From Nymphaea colorata (Eukaryota): a DNA stretch of 64,000 nt. A model generated the notes under the pieces. The model was not told the DNA's origin. It saw only the letters and a program-made list of their open reading frames with translations, and searched no databases. Location of the stretch: contig NC_045138.2 in the NCBI RefSeq assembly GCF_008831285.2, positions 18,786,001-18,850,000 on the forward strand, read 5' to 3'. The position numbers and the translations under genes were made by a program. Shown here one piece after another: positions 38,460 through 51,775 of this stretch (the first letter of the stretch is position 1; each line of letters opens with the position of its first letter).

Positions 38460-38895
38460 TAAGGATGTCAACTAATCGGATTCAACTCAAATATACCTTT
38501 AACTGTATCCGCTTTTGCAGATATTCACAAACTCGCATTCTTATACAAACTAAGAAAAGTCACATCTGAATTCGAATCCGAAATCCAATTTCATAATCTG
38601 AATTTGAATTTTTCATTTATATTCAAATCTAAGTTTTGAACCAAATTTGGCCAACTTTCAAAATGTAAGCGTATCAGATATGTGATATATGTTTAAAAAT
38701 AAATAATTCGATCGGGATCTGTATCTAATAGAATATTTATTTATATATGAATCTGTACCTGAATCCAAATACATGTCATTTCTTAAATCCAATATGATCT
38801 ATTTTTCAACCGGTGTTAAAATTTCTTTCATATCCAATTCTTTCGGAATGGTTGTATTGGACATCTGATCCAAATCAAATACATTGACGTCTCCA
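38460..38895. mobile_element. hAT-type MITE (TAAGGATGTCAA family), degenerate
   Basis: 5' TIR taaggatgtcaa and decayed 3' ttgacgtctcca. Interior rich in atccga/atccaa motifs and homologous to 39349-39779. Flanks tgtatgag/catatgaa. Confidence 0.6.
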
Positions 38896-39348
38896 CATAT
38901 GAAGTGAAGCAAGGTACCTAATTGACAGTGTTGTCACTACGTCAAACACGATATAGCTTTGTGCCTTATTGGTGAAGGAAAGGAGGGAGCATTAGTTCTC
39001 ATGCAATTAGATTTGAAAATAGCAACACAGACTGTGCTAGGAAGTTGAACTGCCTTTATGTCAGTGAATCTCATTAAAGTATAGTTACACACACACAAAC
39101 ACAAGGAAATACTCCAAGTTAGTATCCAAAGTTTTGTGGTAAGAAAATATATATATATATATACACACACACACATAAGTTTTATGCCTTCAAGATAGTG
39201 ACAAACAATTTAACTGATTTATAATAAATAAATTTCTCATATTTTTTTTTATCGGAAATCATGTCCACCTCCATCATGCCATTTGAAAATAATTATTATC
39301 CCAATTTTTCTGCACAATATTATTAGTTGATCTTTGATGTCTTTAATC

Positions 39349-39779
39349 CAGGAATGTCAATGGATGGGATTAGAATGAGATATATATACCCTTGACTATA
39401 TCCATTTTATTGAATGTTCACATACTCGGATTCAATTTCAGATTCAAACATGAACAAAGAAAAATTATATCCAGATTCGAAATCCGATTTCACAATCCCA
39501 ATCCAATTTTTTATATGAACATCCAAATGCAAATTTTTAACCGAATTTGGCCTACATTCAAAATGTAAGAGAATTAAATATATGATATTTGTTTAAAAAT
39601 AAATCCATTCTAAATCCCATAAGATATTTATGTATATCCAAATTTAATCGGATGTCATTTCTCAAATCAGAATCTGATCCTATTTTTTAACCAAATACTA
39701 TTTTTTGTCCATATCCAATTTTTTTCGAAACGGTTTGGTTGGATATTCCCAATCCAATTCGGATATATTGACATCCTTA
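39349..39779. mobile_element. hAT-type MITE (same family as 38460-38895)
   Basis: TIRs caggaatgtcaa / ttgacatcctta. 8-bp flanks ctttaatc / ccataatc (6/8). Confidence 0.7.
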
Positions 39780-40708
39780 CCATAATCTCCTTTTTCTTCC
39801 CTTTCAAATAACACGATAATTTTATTTGTTAAGAAGCTACGTAGATATACATTTCTTGACTTGATTTCATTGTTTTTTTTATATATACAAAACACCAGGT
39901 TTGAAACTTGGGCACATTGCATATATCTATACATGTAGTACGAGTTAAACCAAAATGATTAAAGCAAATTAAAATCATATAGAATTGTATGTGCATATTA
40001 AAAAACATTTATAAGTTCACCCTATTTTATATTTAAAGATCATTTATAAGGTTAACTGGAGAAAGTAAAAGTATTAAAAACAAAGGGCCTGGTGTCTTTT
40101 GTATGTGTGTGGGTGTGCAGAGAAAGGGAGAGGAATGTCTAATGTCTTTTGTATCTATGTTCCTGTGATATATATATATATATATATATCTGAGCCATTC
40201 ATTTTTGTTCATTATAAAAACACTATTAAAATCACAAAAGTGATCAACTTAGTATATATTTTGCATCAACTTATACTTAAGGTTATATTGCTAAGGTTGG
40301 CTTGGTTCTGTCCCTGTCCCTGACCTATTGGTCTGGCTCCTACCAATCACTCATATATTTAGAGAAACTGGTAAAAGCCAGACACTTAGGTCAGGGATGA
40401 TAACTAGACCTTTAATTTTTTCTTAAAAAAATTATTTCAAATAAAATAGAAACATGTTAAGATACTTATAAAAACTATTTTGATATACAACATTCTTTCT
40501 GCTTTACTTTTCTTCATTCGGGCTTGTTATTGTTGTTTAATCTTTCTTGGGAATTCTTTTCGCATGGCATGGAAATGTTTGTAATTATTGATGCTAAGAT
40601 TGATTGAGAAAATTTTCTCCCATTGACAATTTCTTGTTTGGGGCGGGGGTGGGATTGGTTCTGTTATATACTTAAGATCATTAAATATGGTGATCATGTG
40701 CAGAAGTT

Positions 40709-42602
40709 ACCAGATTGTTGTCGCCACACGGGAGTTCTTACAAAATTGCATGGATGGAATGCTAGCTTGACCAGTTTTTTTTTTTTAAACAGTTAAGAGA
40801 CAACAACGAATTTTTATACCGCATTGAATCAAACATGAAAATCAGATGTCCTGATGAAAAATATTAAGCATTAGCAGGCGTTGGGGTTATGGAACGTGGA
40901 ACTTTTAGTTCCACCCCACAAATGGACCAGTATTAAATACCAGAGATTTTAATGCCAAACATTTTTTCATCAAATAATCAAATGCTACCTTAAAGGAGGA
41001 AAACTTGGCGCTTGAGCTCTAGCTCAAGCGTAACAAGAAGAAGGAAAGACGAGAGGTTAGAAGACATGATCATATGTTGAGCCTTGATATTCATAGTGAG
41101 ACAGAGGTGATTCATTCTTCGAGAGCTTTATATAATTTACCTTAATTCATTGTTGGAAAATGCATGGGTCCAGAATTTTTATATTTGGCTAGAAAAACTG
41201 ACTGCCATATATAGTTTCAAAATGTGTTTTACTTTTTCAAAAAAGCCGCAAACACTAGGAACATGACATTAGTGTTTTATGAATTTACTTTCAAACTAAA
41301 GTTTTCATAAAACACTTGAAGCCGTGTTATGAATCTACCTCAATTGTCTGACAGATTCATGAAACACTCACATGTTATTCTCAATGTCAAACTACTCCTA
41401 AATGTTTGATAACCTTTTTTGTGATCTGAAACTATCACATATTTCAAAACCATGGACTTGTGATCAGGCCCCTCACCCTCATACCATAAGTCTGATGTTT
41501 TTACAAAATCATGCAGATTTGGAATCCTCAGTTTGTAAACTCTAATCTCTATAACAAAGATTTAAAATCAACATTGGCGATCTCATATCCGAGGCTATCA
41601 AACATAAACACAAAAACGGTGGTTCAGCTACGAAAAAATCAAACCCCAACCATAAAGGTTGACACTGACAGTCGGACAAGGTTTGATAAGCGATCAGTTT
41701 CCATTTTGAATAGACAGAGCCTTAACCCTTTGTAAATAGAGGTCACCAATACGTCAATTGATGCGTGGAAGAAACAACACTTTGATGTACCAAAACCCTA
41801 TACCATAGAAAGACAAGAAGTTAAGTTAAAGTTTCAGCTTTTATTTTTAAATGATGAAAGAATGACATACTCTTCACCAGAAAAATGACAAATGACTAAC
41901 CATTGTGATCGAAAACGATGAGAAGAAACAAATATAACGCACTATTGGCAATATAATATGAACATGAATGTGTCTCTTCCGGCAAGCAAAGAGCACGTCA
42001 AAAGGACAAAAAGTGGCTTAAGAAAGACAGCACGTAAGACAGAGAGAGATGTCTCTGTCAACAATCAATCGGAAGAAGGTAGAAAATTATCGATTCAGAT
42101 CGATGATTTGTCTTGAAAGAGAATTGTCCACGGACCTCCACAGCCGCTCCATCAACCCCGGCTCAACCTGATCACCAGATTGTTGTGGCCAAAATTGCAT
42201 GGATGGAATGCTAGCTCGACCAGTTTATTCTTTTAAAACAGTTAAGAGACAACAACGAATTTTTATACTGCAATGAATTTTTATAACTGCATTGAATCAA
42301 ACATGAAAATCAGATGTCCGGATAAAAAATATCAAGCATTAGCAAGCGTTGGGGTTATGGAACGTGGAACTTTTAGTTCCACCCCACAAATGGACCAGTA
42401 TTAAATACGAGAGATTTTAGCGGCAAACAATTTTTTCATCAAATAATCAAATGCTACCTTAAAGAAGGAAAAACGAGAGGTTAGAAGACATGATCATATG
42501 TTGAAGGTGATTCATTCTTTGAGAGCTTTATATAATTTACCTTAATTCATTGTTGAAAAATGCATGCGTCCAAAATTTTCATATTTGCCTAGACACACTG
42601 AC
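40709..42602. repeat. Direct repeat pair 40709-41202 and 42174-42602
   Basis: accagattgttgt...aaaattgcatggatggaatgctagct.gaccag...gcgttggggttatggaacgtggaac...gagagctttatataatttacc is shared. Copy 2 has three short internal deletions. Confidence 0.85.
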
Positions 42603-43380
42603 AAAACACATTTTCAAGAGTGCACGTTCATGTAGGAGAAATTAAAGAATGTAATATTTACCCCCCTACATACATTTTCCGGCGAGCTTCACTCTTACTC
42701 CCAATAGTATTAGGGGTGATGCATGGTGATTTTTTTTATTGATGATAATGGTGTGGATTACTGAAAAATTAAATAACCCAGAAGAAACTGTAGAAGATAT
42801 AGCATGAATCTACTTGGCTTGCAAAAATAGCATGCAGCGGGCAGGAGAAATCAAGATGCGCAATATGATCAAGAAGCAACTCACCGGACTGATGGTCGCA
42901 GAGACGGAAGAAGAAGGAGCGAGTGGGAGGTCTGAGAGTTAAAAAGGCGGTCGATCGAATTGGGATGACGAAAACAAGATGAACTCTGCCTCTATTTATG
43001 GACTTGAGGAGAATGTGAACACGTGTGGGCTCCATACTGGCTGCCTCTGCGTGCCCACTGATTAGTCAAGGGGAAATATAAAGTTGTACTAATATGACGC
43101 TACCAAATGTGACATCATCATCTTCATCTTCTTCAGCTCTTAATCGATATTAGTAATTCTCTCACCGGTTGTTTATATACCTCTGTATTACAAAAAAATT
43201 ATGCACATGAGTACGTTTATAACAAAAATACTTATGTTCAAGTAAAAAAAACTTTTTAATTGAATTAAAAATATTAAAATATACATTTTTTTATAAAAAA
43301 TTTTGAAATACCTTAACCCCTTCAATAAAATTTGTGTATCGACAGCTCGATCTCTTTTGGGTTTCTAATTAATTCCATGT

Positions 43381-43566
43381 GTTGGTCCCTTCGAGTTCTC
43401 TGCAATAGCAGCCTTAGGCCGGAGTAGCCTAGATTACGAATTTATATTCAGCTTGTTGCACGAGCAATGGGAGCACCTCTCATCCGTGCGATTCACGGCG
43501 ACTAGAAAAGGAACTTTCCTTATCCGGGTAGCGAATGAGGAAGACCTTCAAAGCATTAGCAAGGGG
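43381..43566 (+). mobile_element. LINE ORF1 (DUF4283-like) fragment
   Basis: Open frame FEFSAIAALGRSSLDYEFIFSLLHEQWEHLSSVRFTATRKGTFLIRVANEEDLQSI resembles the W...G.FL.R..NEED pattern of plant LINE ORF1 N-termini. Confidence 0.5.
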
Positions 43567-44457
43567 AGTTGTCAGCTGCGTGCGATGAGCTGGAGGGAAC
43601 TGGGGGGATGGAAACAGAGGAGATAGATGAAGACACAGAAGTTAATGCCTGGTTTTGGGGGAACAGAGGTGGGTGAAAAAAAGAACAGAAAGGGCCAGAA
43701 GAAAGGACTGAAGGAAACCAATCTGTAGGAACTAAGTAGTGTTAAAAGAGCACTGGAAACTTGAGCGATCCTTCACCCACGACTCAGCAGCAGCACCTGT
43801 GACAAAATAGAAGAGAAACGGAAGAAGCAAGAGAGAAAATGATTTGGGGCTTTGCTTCTAAGAGGCGCAAGTTGGTTATCCAATGAACTGACTATTAAAT
43901 GAATAGAAGCTAGGTTTTATAGACCACCTGTCAGGATTTCCCCAATCCCAGCTACGGCTATGGCATGGAGATTTATGGTAAGAATTAAAACAGAAACATA
44001 ATATTGTGATTTATTTCTTGTTTCAATTTCATAACTGCATGATCTCCTTTGCAGTTACAACAGAGTGAAAGGGATAGGGCTCAAGGCCACTACCCAACAT
44101 CTCCCACTTGGCCATAAGACTGTCAGTTCGCTTTCACTTTATGTGGGTTTTATGTTTCTAAGTTACGAGGTTTTCCATCATTGGTTTGTCCATCGTAACT
44201 TGAATTTTGGTTCAAGGTTTGTAGCGAGGTTTTCCATTCAAGGTTTTTCCTTCCCAGTCTTTCAAGCATTTTCATCGTAACATGTTAAAACTTAATATCA
44301 TATAGACCAAACTTTATATAAAAAACATCAAGTATTCTCTTGACAATAATGCTAGCAATTATGTACACATTTGATATATACATATATATCATCTTCTTGT
44401 TCAACAATGAAATCAACCTAGATACTTTTCAACCACCTACTCATACACCATGTTAAT

Positions 44458-44788
44458 AATGGAGGACCTCATTCACCAAAAGGTTAAACAATTAAGTTAA
44501 GCCCTTTAGGATAGTAAATAAAGATAAAACTAAAAGATAATTTATGATTATTTTCATTTAGGAATGAAATCTTATTAAAATTGGAAATGAAAAGGTAAGA
44601 ATAGAACATAATTTATGAATCTTTTCATTTAGGAATGAAATCTTATTAGAACTTGAAAATAAAAGGTATATGATTAAACAATATTTTTATTAATCTTTCA
44701 TTTAGGAAAGAAATCTTATGGACGATTGAAATTCAACAAGCTGGTGATACATATATAAAATGGAAAATCCACCCCAAGCACCACCACT
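44458..44788. repeat. Older inverted repeat pair, arm 2 (partner 38101-38425)
   Basis: Reverse complement aligns with 38101-38425, including the ttttcatttaggaatgaaatcttatta tandem units. Confidence 0.8.
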
Positions 44789-45724
44789 ATTCACTGGGAT
44801 GATAGAGAATCTCAAGCTTCTTTAGGCATTCATCCATAGATCTACTCCATGCTCACTGTACATACCACTCATTTCCTTCTACGTTTCTTGCACAAATTTC
44901 TCACTTCTTATGTCTGCTTCTTTTGCATCTCTGGTTGAAAAGAGAGAGAGAGAGAGGACACTCACTTTATCATCTCCCTTTTGGCAACACCTTCTGGCGG
45001 GTCCCTTAATATTTTCTTTTACACTGCCCTAATAATGTAAAATTCTAGATAATGGAAAATGTTTTGGTGGTTTAGGAAATTGAAAGTTGTATCATTATCT
45101 AGAATGCAGTGCTTGTTTTCGTTCTCTGTCAGTTACTGAATGCGCAAAGACACCTTTACTTGGAGTATTCATTCATGCAGAATTCTTCTGTTTCACCTAA
45201 CAAAACAAAATAACAGACCCATGTGGGTGCAGCAGCTATGTGCGCTTAACTTTTAGAAACTGAGGAAAACAAGTTGCTTAATATGGGGAAATGCTTAAAT
45301 TCCCCATATTAACATGTTTTGATCACGCTTCAATTCAAATTTTGCTGAAAAATACAAAATTGATCTTGGTTAACCATTGCTTTTAAGAAATAAAACTCTA
45401 TAGTGGTTCAGCTTTATCTTTGGTAAAGTATCATGAGGCAATTTGGTTAAAATCTAGGTGGGGCGATGAGTTTCCTTGTAGGTCCAACACCACAATCAAT
45501 CTCATATTGCAAACTAAATTTGCCTCTCACCATTTTCATAAATTGCAATATAACCTCCCAAATTTATTACAGCATTTTCCAAAACACTATCAAATATTAA
45601 TCAAATTAAGATGATCCAATACTGGATAGTATCTTAGCTCATGCCTAATCATCAAATTCCAACAATTTCTTAAGCCAGAACACACAAATCTTGAATTATC
45701 TAAAATATAAGTTTTATTGCAGAG

Positions 45725-45872
45725 TCCTACATCAATCAACACATCCAAGACGAGGCCAGGAATTTGATTCTCCAGCAAGTATAATATGTCCCGGATGAGC
45801 ACAGTGTGGGCATAAGTGTTAAGCAGCTGCTTGCGGATGGACTGATCCAAGGGCGGTTCCACCAATGTGTCC
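45725..45872 (-). pseudogene. DUF247 fragment (copy D, A/C subfamily)
   Basis: DTLVEPPLDQSIRKQLLNTYAHTVLIRDILYLLENQIPGLVLDVLIDVG aligns with A/C DKKVDAPLAESIRLQLLNTYGYAVFIRDIQLLENQIPGLVLDELINVG. Confidence 0.85.
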
Positions 45873-46200
45873 AATTGTGGCTGTCTTAAAGTGAACTAAA
45901 AAGATTAGTCGATTGTGCCCAACAAAAAGCACTAGGAAGTTGGGCATAAAGTCCAGCGCTCTCTTGCGTGGAAGAAGTGTTCTTCTAATTGACACCTTTT
46001 CTCAAAATCCACATTGGTTAATTGTTTCCTGATGTGCATAAAGTCCAACAATTAACCAATGTGGATTTTGCAGAAAAGGTGTCAATTAAAAGAACACTTC
46101 TTCCACGCAAAAGAGCGCTGGACTTTAGGCCCAACTTCCTAGTGCTTTTTGTTGGGCACAATCGACTAATCTTTTTAGTTCACTTAAGACAGCCACGATT
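45873..46200. repeat. Long near-perfect hairpin: ~154-bp arms, 20-nt loop
   Basis: 45873-46026 is the reverse complement of 46047-46200 with about 6 differences. Confidence 0.92.
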
Positions 46201-46206
46201 TGAAAT

Positions 46207-46468
46207 AAGAACCCTTGGCCTGTGTCTACAGGTGCACTGCTTTCTTGCGGTTCTTTGCCAATGTGAGAGGAGGGAAGCCCGCGTAACTCCTCCTTCCTTC
46301 CGTCCTCCTCATCACATCATGGAGCTGCAGAGGAAGAACCCTTGGCTTGTGTCTACAGATGCACTGCTTTCTTGCGGTTCTTTGCCAATGCGAGAGGAGG
46401 GAAGCCCGCGTAACTCCTCCTTCCTTCCGTCCTCCTCATCACATCATGGAGCTGCAGAGGAAGAACCC
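46207..46468. repeat. 127-bp tandem duplication
   Basis: aagaaccc starts units at 46207 and 46334 and recurs at 46461; the two copies differ at about 3 positions. Confidence 0.9.
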
Positions 46469-47105
46469 CCTGGGTGAGAAGCGCTTTTCCCGTCCTGGGC
46501 GCTTCACTCTTCCAGGTAATTAAATGCCTCCATATATCTTTTATATGGCTATTCAATGCTTTCCGGTCATCGGCGCTCCACTTTTCCGGGTAGTCAAATG
46601 CCATATTGTTCTTGTTAAATATCTGCAAATTCTTGACCACTTAAAAAAAAAAAAAAGCAATGGCCGAGGCGCTTGTGTGGGCAATTGCCCACATCACTCC
46701 TACCTAAACTGTTATTTGTTATGTTAACACCTCAGATATGTCCAGCTTTGCTCACAGCTACGTTAAATTTTTCATAAATGTTCTAGACTTGGAACATCAT
46801 GCACCGTCTTTGTTCAATAAACGCACATGAAATTTATGTTGGAATTGGGTTCACCAACGTTTGGGAGGATCCATTTCTCTTTAAGGTTTTGTTGTGGGAA
46901 GTCAAATGTGACTTTGGCTGTGCTGAAAATTTGTAACATTTTTTTATGCCTTTGATCTTTAAAAGGGAAGGAGTCCCTTTTTCTTGAGAGCATCTTCGAA
47001 TGCACGTTTATGGGTGAGAGGAAGAGAGGGAAAGAAGGTTCTTTTTATCATCAATATTGCAAAGAAAGAAAAAAATTTATATAGAGAAAGAGTTGATTCC
47101 TCGAA

Positions 47106-48210
<1,105 letters not shown>

Positions 48211-49128
48211 TCCTCAGTACGTGGGCTTGAAAAGACATTATTATACTCTGTTTCACAGTATAATGGATGTGGTTCTTTCTTTTTCAGAAGTGGGTCTTTT
48301 TTAGGTGTTCTTCCTAAACTTGATTTTCCTTACATTTTGCTTTTTTTTTTTTAATCATATGCTCGTTCATTGATGTGATAGTTGCACAAGGTTTGTTTTT
48401 TATTATTACATATCAAGGTTTGTTTAAATTTTTTATGACATTTACGTGGAGGGGAAGTTTCTCTCCACCTTTGAGTTGTTCTCTAACACTGTCTTTTGTG
48501 CACTTTTTATAAGTTTCTTACTGAACAACGTTTTATTTGTAAGTACCGTTGTACGTACCTTCTTCATCCTTAGTTTCTTTCCTTGTCAAAAATATAATGG
48601 CCCACATGCACTCGTATGATTTTTTTATTTATTTGCATTGATTGACAATTTCAGTGACAGCGAAACTTTTTCTTTTCAAAAACTTAGTTAGTGATGACTT
48701 CGGCCGGTCACAAGAATAAATATTTTAACATCACCGACACACTTTTTCTTTTTTTTTGCTTTTTACGCATCACAAAAGTTCAAGTTGGCTGTAGCAATGG
48801 AAGTACAAGTTGTCCAAAAATGAAAGTATGAATAACATTTGTAATGTTTCTCTAACAACTTCAGCACTTATTTTAACCATAATTTATTCTTTAGCTTGTA
48901 ATTGGGGAAAGTAGTCTGCCCGAAAAGGTTCTAAGAACACATATTATTACTTTAGCTTGCAAGAAATGAAGATGGATTTTGAGATCAAACGTATGTTGGG
49001 GAAACACATATTATTTGAAGTTGAGAGGGAAAAGGAACGAAAATGGGGAAGTGAGTTAGAAAGGGATGCGCGTTCGAAGGTGGCGGTCCCATATCAGATG
49101 CTGCATGCGTGCAATGCACCTGCACTTT

Positions 49129-49181
<53 letters not shown>

Positions 49182-49253
49182 AGCTGCCTCTTCTTAAACA
49201 AGAACTTTCTTTTGTGGTGGGTAATGCAAATCTGCCATGCACATGTTCACAAG

Positions 49254-49425
49254 CAGGGGCGGAGGGAGGGGGGGGGGCGCCTAGGCCATGGCCCCACCCT
49301 GACAAAATGAAAAAAAAAATTTACATTGAAAAAAAAAAATTTAATCACTTTATGTATTTTTTAGATTTAAATTTAGTTTGGTCCTACCCAGATCCAGAGA
49401 TTGGACTGTTCTGGCTCCGCCACTG
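49254..49425. mobile_element. hAT-type MITE, 172 bp
   Basis: TIRs CAGGGGCGGAG / CTCCGCCACTG. Perfect 8-bp TSD TTCACAAG at 49246-49253 and 49426-49433. Confidence 0.9.
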
Positions 49426-51775
49426 TTCACAAGTGAGTGTGCATTGTTGGATGGCTAAAGATTAAAAGTCGATTGCTAAAATTACTATAAATTAACCATT
49501 ATTAAATGCATCATAAACTCCTTTTGCACGATTAACCATCATTAATGCCCTTTTGGTGCAACTATTTTTTAGCGCCAGATTTTTTTTCTTATAACAGTGT
49601 GACATCTGACAACCAATAGATTTGAACTCTTATATATATATATATATATATATGTGCGCACTCGTGTGTGGCCACGGTGTTTGATCTTGGTGCTGACATT
49701 TGCAGGAAATGCTCCTGGGCTAGTAAAGGCAAAAAATGATAGACAAAACTTTAAGAATAAGAGGACACGATGAGAAAAAGGCATTAAGTGTAAAAAATCT
49801 GGTACAAAAAAAAATCGTTATAGAGATATTAGTGCTAGCTAGTTATGGTGTTTGTATTGAGCATTTTATGAATTGAGGTGGAATAGGAAGGATGGAAGTG
49901 TTTTTATTTGAGAAAAGTAGTATGGTGCCTTCCTATTTTGGAGAGAATTAGATGGCACGTGGTTATTGATAGCCACTTAGGGGCAGAGCCAAGTGTGGGC
50001 CTGCATGGGCCTGCAGTGGCTATGCCCTCTTTAAAAAAAATATATATTTAAATTTTAGAAAATTTTATGTCTTATATAAAAATTTTAAAAAATAATACTT
50101 CAGTTCTTATCTAAATTTAAAAACTTTAATGCAGCCCCCCGCATGAAAACCCTTTGTGTAGTGATTTTTTTCATTAGCGTTAAGTTCCTTGTAAAGGCCT
50201 CATTCTTCTAAAAGTTTGGCAATGTGTCTTCTAATACTTTAAAAAAAAAAAAAAAGTTTTATCGGTCCACCATACATTTGTTTGAAAATGCAATTATATC
50301 CATCTAAAGTTGGTAAAAATATAAGGGTGCCCTTCCACTGAAATTTTTTATGCCATTTAATTGGCTTCTTTTGATATACTTTTCGGCTTTTAAGATGTGG
50401 TCTTAAACTCCTGTTTGATTAGAAAGCTAAGCACGTCTTGTCACTTTTTTTATTTGAAACAATAAAAACCACATTTTGGTGCTTGCTTCGAGGTTCCCGT
50501 CTTTTTACAGCGTTCTTGCTGGCGGCTTATGGATAAAATGATCCGGATTCAGCTGTATGTAAAAAAAAATTTATAATTAATGGGGAGAGAGAGAGAGAGG
50601 GGCCCATTTTCCCAACTCACGTGAAATAAATGCAGGTAAAATTATAAAAAAGAATAAATATCTGACATGCAGAGCATGTGTTTTGTCTTTATCAAACATA
50701 GATAAACATACCACATGGGCAGCAGGGGTGAAGTCTGCGGTTGGAGGGGCTTTGCCCTCTCCTTAAATTGTAAAAACTTGAAAGTTTACGTATAAACTTT
50801 AAAAATTATAATTTAACATTTAAAATTTTTTAATTTAACCTTTAAAACTATAATTTGAATCTTACTACAAATTTTTTTTTACTAAGCTCCTGCACACGCA
50901 CATGAAAGTCGTAATTAATGTAACCTGCTTCTCCTTTACTGTTTACACAAAACCTTTAATATCATTAACAGAACATCAATTAGGATCCAGTAGGCCTAAG
51001 ACTCTCGTTGGCAAGAACTAGCACCGAACTTTCAATCCCACCACACCATTGAAAGATTTTCTTATTAGAAAGAGGTTTCCAAAAACTCGCTTTGTCATTC
51101 TGAGTTGTTTATTCTTTTTGGCGTTGGGGTTTCAATCTTTTGAAAATTTTCTGTCTCCCGTTCTTAGGTTTTGCAAATTTCTTAAAGGGATTTCTAAGCC
51201 TAAATTATTATTGTGAATGGACTTGAATCTGTACTTAAAGTATTTAAAAGTTATTTTTTTTAGTTGTTTTAAACATATTTGAAGCAAGCGCTGATTTATC
51301 TTGGAAATGAATGTTTTGGTTGCCTTAAATTAATTTGAATTTGGATATAAATCCAACCTCTTAATATATATGTAATATAATATATACATATGTACATATA
51401 TAATATATGTTATATATATATATATATATATACATATATATACATATATTACATGTATGTTATGTATATGTTAGTCATTATAAAAAAAAAAGACCTGGAT
51501 ATAAGACCAATGTATTTTGAAAAAAAAAATGCATGTTTTAGTTGTCATGAACCGATTTTCCGATTTGGACCCAACTTGCTTTACAAAAAAAAAAAAAACC
51601 TTATTATCATTAACAGCGTGCAATTTCGGCACCTACTGGACATCAATTAGGATGAAATAAATCAAGTAAGGATCAAACTTGAACGGTTTAAAACACTGAT
51701 GTTCACCAAACGAACCACGACACACTACATGAAGTTCATCATTTTCACTTAAACCTTTTAGCAAAGAAGAATTTA

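Noticed and set aside
42020..42065. ttgacagag.../gacagagagag resembling miR156/157/535
   Set aside because: Matches only the first few bases of those mature miRNAs and forms only a very short stem.
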